The notes under the pieces are model-generated. The model was given only the letters and a program-made list of their open reading frames with translations. It was not told the origin of the DNA and searched no databases. A stretch of DNA of 62,000 bases from Lama guanicoe (taxonomy: Eukaryota), in NCBI GenBank assembly GCA_013239625.1, contig MU054323.1:3832161-3894160 (forward strand), read 5' to 3'. Shown here piece by piece: positions 49,625 through 62,000 of the stretch. Made by a program: the position numbers and the translations under genes. The first letter of the stretch is position 1, and every line of letters begins with the position of its first letter.

Positions 49625-51245
49625 TAGCAGTTCTCAAACATTTTGGTCCCAGGAGCCCTTTATACAGTTCAAAATTAGTGTGGACCCCAAAGATTTTTAC
49701 TTATGTGAGTTTTATCTGTCAATATTTACCATATCAGAAATTAAAACTGAGAAACTAAAAATGATTAATTCACTAAAAATACCAATCACAAATTATGTGT
49801 TAACAAAAATAGCATATTTTTATGAAAAGTAATTCTATTTTCTAAAACAGTAAGTGAGAAGAGTGGCATTGTTTTACATTTTTGCAAATGCTTTTAAAAT
49901 GTGGCTATATAGAAGATTGTTCAGTTCTCACATCTGCTTCCACATTCAGACTTTTGAGATACATTGTTCAGGTTGAATTAATGAAAAAAATTCAGCCTTG
50001 CACAGACATATTATTGGGAAAGGGAGGAGTATTTTAATAACCTTTTCAGATAATTGTGGATATTCTTCAGTGATTCTACACCAAAACTCAACCAGTGGTG
50101 GTTTTTTGAAAGCTACTGACAATGTGGAATCCGAAATCACATTAACTAACTTTTGTTCTCCGTTACACTATTCCATTGGTCTGTCTTGGCCTTTGAATAG
50201 AATCTTTACACATGCGTGATTTTGTAACATACTACACTGGTCATTTTGAAAACATCGGTTAGCTGAGTTATGCCAATCCTCCAAATGTTTGACTGAGACA
50301 TTTCTTTACACAGTATCAAAAATCACATTCATTAATATCACAGCCCATCTCCCCAGAAAGGTGTTTAAGTATTGGAAAGCTGTCAAGTGCCTAATGGCAG
50401 ACACAGGTTTTCCAAATGTTCCATTTTCATTTAAAAGCTTGCATTTTATCATTGGCAACAAAAGCTGTGAGTTCTCCTTGAAATGGTTTCGTTCATTTTC
50501 AAGAAAATATCTTGCCAAGTAACCAAATTTGAGTAACTGTAGTCGGTTTTTCTGTCAAGGAAAAGTGATGCTCTATGGGGGAAAAAAAGCTTACTCAGCT
50601 TGCAGCTCACACAAGGGCCCAAGTGCTTCCTCTTGAGCCAACCACGGTACTCCAGGGCAGAGCAAATGTGCTTGATGAGCACCTCCCACTTAATCACATG
50701 GAATATTGAAGAGATCAGCTTTAAGAGAATTAATAATTTTTACTGCTTCATCAAGAACCTTCTTTTAAAATATATTTTACTTAATCCAGTATGCCCACAA
50801 TATTATTTCAACATATAATTGATGTGAAATCATTATTGAGGTGTTTTGCATTTTTTCTGGTGCCAAGTCTGCAACACTTGGTGTGTATTTTTCACTCTCA
50901 GTCCTTCTCAATTCAGAGACTCAGACTGGACACAGGTGTGTAATGAGCCACAGAGCGCTACTGGTTAGACAGCACAGGAGCAGATCTTTCAAGAATATTC
51001 TTAATCAAAGCTGTTGTTTTGGAGAGTGTGAGTAGGTAAAGAGTATAGTGACCACTAGGGCATTTTGGTACCACTGTCCACGTTCATGCTGAGGCACCAG
51101 AGGTTTTACACACCACTGCCATTGCACTATCAAGACAAACGTCAGCACAGAAGAAGGCAAAGACTATCTTGGCATCATTATGAAAGTTGTCTTGAAAGTC
51201 CTTGGGGACCCCAGGGCTCCATGGACTGCACTTTGAGAACTGCTG
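49625..51245 (-). mobile_element. Charlie1-type hAT DNA transposon with transposase remnants and nested MER33-like insert
   Basis: TIRs tagcagttctcaaa / tttgagaactgctg with NTCTAGAN-like targets. ORF 49946-50140 (EFWCRITEEYPQLSEKVIKILLPFP..LC) matches the hAT dimerisation domain. Confidence 0.85.
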
Positions 51246-51399
51246 GGCTAGAATTAAGTAGGATCAGACTCTGGTCCCTTGGCCTTGGCATTTTGCTGCC
51301 TATGTGGGAGAAACAGTCCGGAGCTGCATATTTCAGGAGGGACACACTTAAGTCTGAGTTCTGTCTGTGACACTGCAGGAAAAAAACAATTAACTGAGT

Positions 51400-51870
51400 C
51401 ACTTCCAGAGAGCAGGCTTGAGAGTTGATTTCAAAGCCGGTTTTGTTTTATGGAGTAATCTGCGTGTCCTGTGGACGGGAACACCACAGGGCTGGTCAGT
51501 GGCTCAGGAAGCAGCCATGAGCTTCGCTGTGGCTCCCTCCTCAAAGCCAAGAGCAGGACAAATGCTTGTCAGCCCCAGTGGCAGGGGGATCAGCGATGGC
51601 ATGTGGGTCACGTGGGTCACGTGGCACTTCCACGTGGGTGGAAGTGTCGTCTGAGGGAAAAATGGGCCACGTGGATGGGCAGGGTGGCAGCAGTCTGCTG
51701 AGAGCTGCAGGAGTGACTTCCAGCTCCCGTCCGAATCAACAGCAGGACTGTTCCTGCCCAGCTTCCATAAGGAGTCAGCACAGAGGAGGTTGCGGTTGTG
51801 GCCTGTACCATGCTTGCCCAGGGCTGCATGCTTCCAGGTTCTTGGTTTTTATCCATTACCTCATCTGATT
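51400..51870. mobile_element. Probable old ERVL LTR (LTR16/33-like)
   Basis: Composition and motifs resemble the LTR16 class; family assignment is tentative. Confidence 0.35.
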
Positions 51871-52145
51871 TTTCACCCAGTTGGAAGAGATAAGCAAGGC
51901 AAACCTTATTCTCGTTTGTTGTCATTCTCACAGGATAGAGCCCCAGAAGAGACATGCCTTGCCCAAGGCCGCAACACAGGGAGTTTCCTAGTGACTTTCC
52001 CAAGGCCACAGCAGTGCGTGTGGGACTAGAACTTAAACCTCTTCCAGATTTCAGGTCTCCTGGGTCTCTCTCCACTGTGCCTGCTAAGGCAAGTGTATAT
52101 GCTGTGAGGGATTCCTAGGCTACTGGGCACATGCACGTGCACGTA

Positions 52146-52148
<3 letters not shown>

Positions 52149-52184
<36 letters not shown>

Positions 52185-52235
52185 CAGAGAGACAGAGACA
52201 GAGAGAGAGAGAGAGGGAGAGAAAGAAGGAGGAAG
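52149..52235. repeat. (GT)n-(GA)n compound microsatellite
   Basis: Seen directly. Confidence 0.95.
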
Positions 52236-53699
52236 AGGGAGAGAGGAAAGTGCTGACTGCTACCCCTCAGGTCTGCACAGAAAGACTTCTAAGGCTTGGA
52301 GGGCCTTCTAGCCCAGGATACTCCTCGGCATGTCTGAAAGAGGCAGGTGGAAACAGGGGTCATTTATCTCTGGCTGAGGGGTAGAAAAGCCGGCTTAGAT
52401 TTGGAGATGTTAGATCTGTGGGTGCAGCGGGCTTGAACTTGGTTTCCTGCTGGAGTTCAGACGGGTGATGCGACAGTTCAGAGCGTGCGTGGACTTCCCG
52501 GCAGGTCCCAACTGCTTCTGTCCTCACCCCACACACGCCAGTGAGGCAGGCCTGGGACATTCTGCAGCAGCTGATCTCAGCCTGTCCCTATGGAAGTTTC
52601 TGGAAAGTCTTGATGTCATGATTACAACCTGCCTCATTATATTTTATTAGGTGCCCAGGTCTTCACATTTCTCCCTGTGGACTCCAGAAGGTAATTTTAA
52701 CATTTTTCCTGGAGAAAGTGTTTGAGTGACAGAGAAACAAGTTTTAGCCATGCTGCAGCCCTCAGCCGACCGCCTCCTCTCCCCACTCTGCTCACACACA
52801 GAGCAGCCTGCCTCGCCGCCCAATCGGCTTAGCTCAGCCATTAAACCCTGTTTGAAGTTTTATTTCCCTCTCTTCTTGCTATCTCAATGGGCGATCGCTC
52901 CCAGGACATTTTGTAACAAATAGCATTTTCTGTTCTGCTGAGGACACAGACCCCTGGCCTGCAGCCTGGCTGCCTTTGAGAGCCTAGTCCATCCCTTCCC
53001 CCAAGTCTGAACCTCATTCTTTCTCACTCCTTGTTGTTTTTTTTTTTAAAGATTCTTTCCCTGAGGGCCTCAAGTGTACAGAACTGAGGTATACATGTGC
53101 CCCAGTTCATGTCGCACTGACATCAAGGCCTGTCTTGTTCTGTTTTATTTTTTCTCCATCTCTATCTCATTCTCTGTCTCCGCTGGAACCCACTTGTATT
53201 GGAAGGCCTGACATGCCATGTGTTTCCTGGATACCTCTGAGCCTCCCTAGACCCCCAAAGGCCTAGCTGTGAGTTCCCAGCTCTCACCAGATATGCCCCT
53301 ACCTAGCAGGAAGTACTATCCCCACCCCCTACCCCTTGCCTTGTTCCCCTGTCAGCTGGACGAGCCACATCCACCGGGTCCTCGACCTAACGGGTTTTAC
53401 TTCCCTGCCAGCGTGTGGAATTTTTCAAGCAAGCCAATCGCATCTTCCTTCAGGGACCAGGAAGCACTCACCCTCCTGTTACCACAAAGCCTGCCCCCCC
53501 GCCCCCGTCCCTCTGGTTCTGTCCGCTCCCGAGTGCAGCGCCGTGTGGTCCTGCATGGTGAGTGGTGACTGTGAGTGTATGTGACTGATGAAAATCTCAC
53601 CTGTCCAGTGTCAGGGGAATCCCTCTTTCACCAGCAAACTGAATAGTAGGTGGTGAGGATGGCACTCTAGCGTGTTTAATGCACAGACTTCCAAACCAC

Positions 53700-54970
53700 C
53701 TTACATCCTTTGACTTAGATGTATTTCAAGTCAATTAAAATATATGGTGGGCTTTTACTTTGCATAAGTTACTGTGCTCTAGATCTTGCTGTGTCTTCTT
53801 GCAGCACTTGCTCTCAGTGCCCCGCCATATTCGTGACGCTGTTTATTGCATGCTCCTGTGACTTTTTTGAGGGCTTTCTCTGTTGTGAGAGTGGGGCAGG
53901 CTGGAAGTGCAGAGCTCCCATTGTCCCTGGGGGCAGCCCTCCATCAATGATGATTCCACCTGGCTTTCTTACAACTCTGATGCATGCTCAAGGCAGGTGC
54001 CTAGAGGCTCCCAGCACAATGGAGCCCCAGCTGCCCGCAGAGGTCCCCTGCTCATTAACCAACTCTTTCCATCCTTCCCTTTCCTTCATCCATCTCTCAC
54101 CTCCCCACATGCCTACCAGTGCTTCTTGTGATCACTACCCAAGCCACCTAGTTGCCCTCAAGGATTCTCTTCTTAGGTTCTGCTTCGTTTTTTTCTCAAC
54201 GTTGTGTTTGAGAACTCCATGAGTTGCCCTGTGTAAACACATTTCAGTTGCATAGAATCCCAGGCTGGGCCTTCCCTACATTACACAGTCGTTTCCTTGG
54301 TGACAGACAGCTCCATTGGCCATAACCTGCCTGCCACCAGAAACATCGCTGGGCTGGCCATCCTCAGCCCCCTCTCCCTGGGGATGGGTGGGATGGGGGA
54401 TTGAGGCTCTCTGGGGGTAGACACTCAGGCGTGGGATTGCTGAGGTTTAGGGGTAGATACACTTAACTTCAGGTATTGTCAGATTTCTCCCGCCAGCAGT
54501 GTGTGGGAGTTGACTTTCCTCATGTTGCGGGCTGACTTCTCCAGCAGGCACCACGATGCAGCTGGGTGACCAAGATGATGTTTACTGGGGATCAAGACCT
54601 ATGAAGGGATGGAAGAGGAAGTTGGATGGGGTAGAGGAAGAAGTCGAATGTGATGCAGGCCAGACGAATCCTCGGGAAGTCTTGACGGAGCCTGTGAGGA
54701 GCTCTGGAGTGAATGTTGTTGGACAGTGGCCCACCTTGGGTTGAGCTGGCCAGGCCTTTATACCCCATTTTTCCCCCTGCAGCCAAGGCCCACCCTGAAT
54801 GAGGCTGTCAGCCGCACTCCTTGCAGGTGGGCAGCAAGTCCTTCCTGGCAGAGGCATATGAGCACACATCTCCCTGACAGTGTGACTTGTGAATGTGGTA
54901 TCTCATCGCTACTTTGATTTGCATTTCCTTGATTACTGGTGAGCTTGGAAGTGTCTTCATGTGCTCATTA
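53700..54970 (-). mobile_element. Old L1ME/HAL1-like fragments with nested LTR (~54520-54880)
   Basis: gtgggattgctgagg..., tattgtcagatt, gtggtatctcatcgctactttgatttgcatttccttgattact. Confidence 0.55.
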
Positions 54971-57900
54971 GTGAGGCTGATAGGAACTAGAAGGAACTAG
55001 ATAGGAAGCCAGTGGGAACTAGATGTTATGCTAGCTGCTGCTGAAGGCCCCAAATTCTCCCTCCCACCTGGCCACACCAACCCAGCCCCTCACTGAGACC
55101 CCCCTACCACCCTGTAATCCAGTGTCCACAAGGTGCCTAGCACCACAGGGAACCTCCCTTCCCCAGTGATTTAGACAGTCTTTTCTGATTGGTCAGTGCC
55201 TGTACCAGATCTGTTGATGGCTCCAAAATCACGTTGGGAATGAGCTAGTGAGTTTTCCTTTCTGTGAATTACCTAGTTACAAGTTTCTCTCATCTTTCTG
55301 TGGGGTTTCTAAACTTCATCCCAGGAGGAGGCTGTTTCAGGTTTCAGGGCTTAGTTGGTTCTGAGTGTTGGGTGGAGGAGGGAAGAAGGAGGATTTAGGC
55401 TGGTACCTCCCTAGGCTGGCACCCTGCAAGAATCAGCAGGTCTGCAGGCCAGGGGCAAACAGACCCAGGGCCTAGGATAAGATCAGGTTGGGGAGATTGG
55501 GGGTTCCTTGGACACAGAAGAGCAGGTGCCTTCACCTGTGCTTCCTAGGAGCCTGGCAATCAATGACATTCTCAGGAAGTCCTCCTGAACACCTGCCACG
55601 TGCTTTTGTGGCTGTGTAGGGTGGAGGCTCCCTGCCATCGCCTTCACTCCAGCTCAATACCCCTGCCTCTGTTAATTACTCTAGCCATATCCTGCCAGCC
55701 CCTGCCGGCTCCAGGCTCTCCTGTATGCCTATTCTTTATTCTGAATCCTGAGTAGTCTTTATTTCTTAAACACAAATCTAGACATATCTCTTGAATTTTC
55801 AAAACTTTTCAAAAGTCCCTCACTTTTATTAGTATTTTGGTCATCCAGGGAACATAATTGCCTGGGGTTCTTTTAGCTTTATATGATGGATTAAAAATAT
55901 AAATGTTCCTCACCCAAAAAAGGAAGGTTATATATAGTTTAGTTGTTTAGAATGGTGAGCTCTTAGGTGTAAACATTTGAGAAACATGAAAAGGAATTCT
56001 TTTTTGATACTATTAAGGTTGTTTTTGGATTATACTTCTCTAAAAAGGCTACATTTGTTGTTTTACATGTCTAATCGTCCACAACCCTGGACCTGAATTT
56101 TGTGTGTGTGTTTGTTTGTTTGTTTTTAAATCTGCCAAGAATAAGGGTGAGAGATTAAAAAAAAAGAGAAGCTTCTTATTTCCCATAGCATTAAGTCCCT
56201 TAGCCCAGCATACGAGATCCTCCTTGAGCTGTCCCCAAATTCTCATCCCGGGTCCCACAACCCTCCCATCTAGCCTTTGTCTCTCCTCCATCCCCAGAAT
56301 GGCCTAGGGCTTCCACACCCCCATGCATTTGCTCAAGGTTCCCCTTGCCTTGAAAGCCTTCCCATTCTTTCCTTAGGGGCAATCCCTCCCTGTGAGGTTT
56401 CCCTCACTAGGACTAGTGTTCAATATGAGTGACTCCTCCCACTGTGCTTTCCCAACAGGTGGAGCTGGAAATCAAAATTAAGTAATTAACCAGGTGAAGT
56501 AAAGGGAGCACAGAGAGGGCTATCCCAGGCAGAGGGAATGCATGGGCGAGAGCCTGGGGTCGGGGAGAGCGCAGAAGGTTTGAGTACAAGCAGGTGGTAG
56601 TTCAGGAGGGCTGGAGAGAACAGTGGGTGTTGTGTGTGTGTTGGGGGACTGGGGTGGCCAGGAATGAGATGGAAGAGATAGGCGTGGACCTTGTAGCCAA
56701 AGTGCGACTCTGGCAGTGGGGAGCCACTGAGGGGTTAAGCAGGCAGAAGCCCAGCCAGCTGGTGATTTGGTTTCATCAGTGCATCCTGTGATTCCGCTCA
56801 GCAGCTTACCCAGCTGGGACCTTTCTCTTGACTCCTGTGCCCCAGTGAGCTTCCACTCACCACTGGGCAGAGGAATCAGCTCTCCTCGGCTCCTGGAAAC
56901 TGACTGCAGTGCTCCAGGTGTCCTGGGACTTCTGGTTCAAAGTTAGCTGAACATAGGTAAAGGCTGGACTCACTCCTAGGGCTTCAGCCTGGGTTAAAGT
57001 TGCCCCTCGTCTGATGGAGTTGTTTCTGGATGGGTGGAAGGGGAGTGGGCATGGAAACCCCACGGCCTGGGGGAGCTCAACAGTGAAGCTAAGGCCCAGC
57101 TGCCTTTTGTGTTTCTACTAAATGCACTATTTGCTTCAAATAGCTTTTGAAACTCGGGCTCTAACCTGGTGGATATAGGTGCCACCAGGAAGGAGGACAA
57201 GGGGACAGTGCCCAGCCTGAGCGAAGAGAGCCCCATGGGGGAAGAGCTTGTGCTGTGAGGGCCTCACAGAAGCCTGTGTTTTCATTACTAAGCAACTTAG
57301 GAGAAGTGTGTTTGGGGAAAGAAAGACGGTGGGGTAATAAGTCTGTAATAATGGCTGCCATGTGGAGGGAAGGCAGTGTTACCCAGCTAAGAACTAGAAA
57401 ACATGGTTTATATTTTCAACAGTTGGAGAAAGAAATGAAAACTGAATATTTGCTGCACCTGTGAAAACATATTTGATCATGATGGCAAGTTCAGCATTCT
57501 TAGTGTGGGATTCATATTTCATAACTCGTGTTCAAACAAGAAAAATGATTATAATGTTAAGTATTTCCTGAGTTTATTTTGATGGATGACAGAATAAGTA
57601 CTGTATCTTTCACTCATTAAAATACAGATTGGTGTAATTTAATAAATGAACTTAATACACAGATGTTCCAGGCTGTTTTAGCAGGGTGTATATTAATCAA
57701 CTTCTTTATATATGATCCTCTTTTATATTTTTTAAAGAAACTTGCAGGAGCCAAGAATTTATTAGATTTGCATGCTCTAGGACGAGTATCCAATGTCAGG
57801 TACATACAGGAGTGTATTAAGATGAAACGGAGCCAGAGTCTGCAGATCGGCCACAGGGGTCGTCCCCCGGCTCCTGGCTGGCTCCCTGGGTCGTCTCAGA

Positions 57901-58889
57901 GCCCCAGGCCTGTGCCAGGTCCTGGGTCCTTGCTGAGCTTGCTTGCCGCTGTCACTGCCTCAGGGCCACTCAGAGGTACCTCTGGAGACCCAGGTGGAAG
58001 GTGGTGACCTTGGAAACTTTGGTAACCTGGACTGGACAGTGGCCTGCAGCTCAGGGGGGCCTCGAGGGCTCTTCTCAGCCTTCCTGGCCCCCCCCCCCTA
58101 CAGCCTTTCAACCCTGTGTCACTCTCCCTTTCCTCCCTCTATCTTGGTAGCACATTTGGGAGCTGTGCTTTGTTCTGTCTATGCTTGTTTCACAAGGGAA
58201 GCTTGTCTCACTGAGACTAAACTCCTGGAAGTGGGGCTGTGCCTTCTCCAACCTCCACAATCTGTGCTCAGTGAATCTGAAGGATCAGAGTCAGAAACCC
58301 TGGTTCAGCCGTTCTAGAGGGTACACATTGGGAGGAGGGAGGCAGCGTGAGGACACAGGACTAACTGACCTTTCTGGGAAAGGACAGAGAAGCCTGAGAG
58401 CAGAGACTTCATGTCAGCCACCCTCTTCTCTCCTTCCCACATCCTGGAGTAGAATGATACAGGGATGGGGGACAGGTGTCTCTGGCTGGCGGCAGTGATG
58501 GTGGGTGGCAGGGAAGGGAGAGGGAGGCATCTGAGGCCAGGTAGCCCATTTCTGCAGACCCCTTTGTCCACACAGAGCACTTAGCTGTCTCTCAAAGCAT
58601 CCTGTACACTCTTGCTAGTTCTGGAACTAGAGTTATACTGCTTAATGCACCGCCCTGCGTAGGAACTCCTGCAGGACCAAAGGCCACATCTCATTCATTT
58701 CAGCACCTCTCTCCTCATTAGAGTTTAGCCCAGGCCTCCTGCACCCTCCCAACATGGCCCAGGGTAGATACTCAGAGCTGGCTGTCTTGGGTGCCATACA
58801 CGAGGTAAGCCAGCCACCCAGAACACAGGCACTGATGGGTGCTGCCTGGTGGCTGCAGCCTGAGCTGGCTCATTCCCCCCTACAGCCTC

Positions 58890-59010
58890 TCTGCACCCCA
58901 TGGTGGCTCATCAATCACGCCGGCAGGTCCTGCGGGAGGGTAGTGGCTCTGCTGTCACATGCCTGTTTGCAATAAGCTCTGGCCATAATCATTAATCATT
59001 CATAGAGGCT
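58890..59010. promoter_or_regulatory. Candidate PBX-HOX/MEIS enhancer
   Basis: TGATTGAT (rc 58910-58917), TGACAG (rc 58952-58957) and TGATTAAT (rc 58991-58998). Confidence 0.4.
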
Positions 59011-62000
59011 GTGGTTAGCGGCCCTCAGTCAAGTGGATGGTTTCAGGTTTTTCGGGCTAAGTGCCTCTCCGGCAAGCAGCATCCTCAGCCCTTTCATGTC
59101 CGGCCATTTGATGTTCTGTGCATGCCGAGCTGGCCACCAAGGCCAGGCTTTGTTTTAGAGGGCTGCTCTGAATGCTCCCCTTGGGGCCAGAGGAAGAGAG
59201 TTCTCGGTCCCGGCTCCACATCTGCACAAGAAATAGAGCTTGGAGGATGAGGCTGTCTTGAGCACTTTCTGAGTGCCCAGTTCTCTGCCAGGCTGTGGCG
59301 ATCTGAGAGAAGTTACTCTGCGCTCTGTCCCCCATTTTGGGACAGAGCTCATGCAAGACAGTTGGCCAGTGAGACTGAATTTATTTGGTTTAAGAGGTCT
59401 GGAACAGCCTTTCGGTCTGCAGGTTTCTCACGAGGGTAGATGCCCAGAGGCTGGGAGGTGTGGGGGCAGGGAATGGAGGGAATCACAGAAGCCACAGGTG
59501 GGGATGATTCTGTGTGTGCAGCACTGCTGTGCAGCCCTACTGTGTGGTCTGAGCTGGTCCTTGAACACAGACTGAAGTCTGTGGATAATGGTCTAGAAAC
59601 AGTGGCAGCAAAGAAGGAATTTTATTGCTGCCAATTTTATTGTTGTTGTTGGGAAAAATTTGAAGGTTATGCTTAATCTGAAGATGACAGTCAAGTTACT
59701 AATATGATCGTAGTCAGAAGTTTCCAAGTTACTTGAAAAGATGTATGAGGCAAAGTCGTGGGATAGAGCTGGGAGAAGCAGGGACTAGAGTTCAGTTGGG
59801 TTCAACAAATACTTCTGAGCACCTCCTAGGTGCTAGGACCTTGGCCACAGGGAGAACAGATGTTCTGGAGCTTCACACCCCACCCAGAGCCACGTCCAGC
59901 ATCACAGCTCTGAGGGGTAGGGGGCAGAGTCCGGTGTCTGGAGCTAAAAGGGCAGGGGCTGGGGGGGAGGGGGTTGATGATGGTCCTGTTGAAATGTGAA
60001 GTCAGCATAAAGGTGTTACTGAGCCTCCATTTTGGTAACTTTCCCAGAAAATGTTTCTTGCCTGTTCACCCATTGAAGCCTTGAACAAATGAAAAAGAAC
60101 TCTGGGTGTTCAGAGTTTGCATCTGGTTGAGGGGATCAGGAGTAGCTGCATCTAGCAGGTGGGATTTGGCAGAATTCTGGAAGGCCAGGAAAGACTTCCC
60201 CAGGCAGAAGTGGGGTTTGAAGAGCTTGCCAGGTATATGGAGGAGGGGGCATAAAGATACTGAGGGTAGTCTGAATCACTGGCAGACAGGGTCCTGTGCC
60301 AGGGTGGTAGGAGATGCGGCTGGGAGGGCAAAGGGTGTCACCCTGCCTACTCCATCCCTGTGTTCTCACCCACCCGTCTCATTCCTGCCACACAAGATGT
60401 TCTTTGCCACTGGAACAGCCGGTCTCCTGAAACATTTCTCTGTGTGCTTTTCTTGCACTATCTCTGCTTGAGAAACTTACTTTCTCTGCTTCCTGAGAAT
60501 TTCTCCTCATCCTTCAAGATCCAGCATGCCACCTCCTCCCTGCAGCCTTCCCTGATCTCTGTGGTCTGCATGAATGACCCTTGTCTCTGGAACCCCACAC
60601 CGGGGAGCTGGCGATGCTGTTCACCGCCCACCGGGAGCTTAGCTTGTTTTAGGGTGTGGGGAGTGGTGAAGAGCTGAGACCTGCTTTTGCCACTCACTTC
60701 CAGGGTATCTACCTCCATTTTCTCATCTGTATGAGGGGAAAATATTGCAAAGAGTTTTTAGTAGCAAAAAAAAGAATAAATTAAATGACGTGTAATGCCG
60801 GCTCCAGAGCTTGGCACAGAGTAGATGGTCAGACAGTGTGAGGCTCCTTCCTGCTCCCTGACCTCACTCTATCTCACTGTCAGTCATCTACAGGCAAGTC
60901 TCTGCAACTAGGCTGTGAGATCCACAGGGTAGAATCCAAATCTTGCCCAGTAACTGGCACCCTGCGTCTGTAGGATTCCTTCCCCGCAGAGAAGGAGTTG
61001 AGCTGTTCACGGCAATTTGTAGATGTGGGAATCAAGTTTGTTTGTTTGTTTTTCTTATAAATGTTCTGATTAAGCCAGAAACTTCCTGAAGCCATACAAT
61101 TCTCCTATCCCCAGAGAAGGATTTGAATAAAGTATCCTCTTGCTGGAAGGAAAATTAGAGATAATTAGTCCAGTGGTTTTCAAAATTTGTGAAGGACTGG
61201 AACTATTTTTCCAAATGAAATTTTATATAGAACGTGAAGCTACACAAGCAGTCAAAGTGTTGTTTATGAACATATTAATACTTACTATTGATTAATGATA
61301 ACTAATTAAATCACATTAAATAAATCAGCAAATGTATTTATTACATTATTTCAAGCTTATAACAAATAAAAAAGCAAAACAAAACTGTTTTGATCAGCAC
61401 AAAAGTTAGAAATTAGGAGTTATGGTGTTCCTTGCTGTATTTCAGTTTCATAATCCAATCCACATATGTGTTTTATTTTGTTTTCACAGTCTGGAGAAAA
61501 TCCTTGCTCACAGTGATGAATAGATTCAAGTGATTGCTATTTTATAACAGTTTGTCTTTCATGTCCTTCAATTAATCAGACAGGTGGTGGGGGGGGAGGG
61601 CTCTGTTTTGAGACTGCCACAGAACTGAGTTAGCCTGGTCACGTAAGTTATCATCAGTCTGCACGGGGTTAAAAATGGCTATCCTTGTTTTTAAAATCAC
61701 ACTTTCATCGATGGCTAGAAATATTTTTAAATACACAATTTTGAAATAAAACATTTCTGAAGCCCATAAAGTAACTTTTTGGGGTTGTAGGGCCCAGAGT
61801 GTGTGATGGGAAATCGCTGAAGTCACCCCTCTCCATCCCAGATAGGGCAGCAGAGGAGGCCTGGAATGTGGCAAGGCCATGGCAAGGCCACACGGGGAAT
61901 CGGCACCAGGCTGGGGTGGGAACTTAGGTCTCCTGCATCTCACGCCTGGGGTTTTCCAGCTGTATCCTCTACCTCTCCTTCCTAATTTGTACTAGTAAAA

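Noticed and set aside
53719..54222. Longest ORF (167 aa); also 51617-52075, 23910-24356 and 10695-11114
   Set aside because: No recognisable domain or exon structure. They lie in old repeats or GC-richer sequence where such ORFs arise by chance.
54380..54399. G-quadruplex-capable motif (also C-rich tract at ~20045-20061)
   Set aside because: Common in mammalian DNA, lies in or near repeats, and has no supporting context.

Overview
This is eutherian mammalian genomic DNA, most likely a cetartiodactyl. A camelid is the best guess: the young L1 3' ends are of the artiodactyl type, and no Alu, BovB/Bov-tA, CHR, PRE1 or Can-SINE elements were seen. There is one 52-N gap, and the window is dense in old repeats (L1, L2, MIR, MLT/ERV LTRs, hAT MERs, Charlie1). 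I find no intact protein-coding gene, and most ORFs in the track are repeat-derived or chance. The main discovery is a decayed multi-exon gene on the minus strand (~31157 to ~3829). About 17 exon remnants, most flanked by splice-site-like sequence, translate through stops and frameshifts into peptides matching, in colinear N-to-C order, conserved motifs of the RGSL1/RGS22 multi-RGS-domain family. The reference sequence was recalled from memory and not aligned computationally. The match is too divergent for an RGSL1 ortholog, so this looks like a unitary pseudogene of a lost RGSL1-like paralog. Several exons are hit by transposons (L1 with TSD, ERV integrase fragment, MER58A). The GC-richer right half has enhancer-like motif clusters (PBX-HOX/MEIS, RFX X-box, E-boxes) and a probable misassembly at the gap. 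Repeat coordinates and subfamily names are approximate, assigned by eye.
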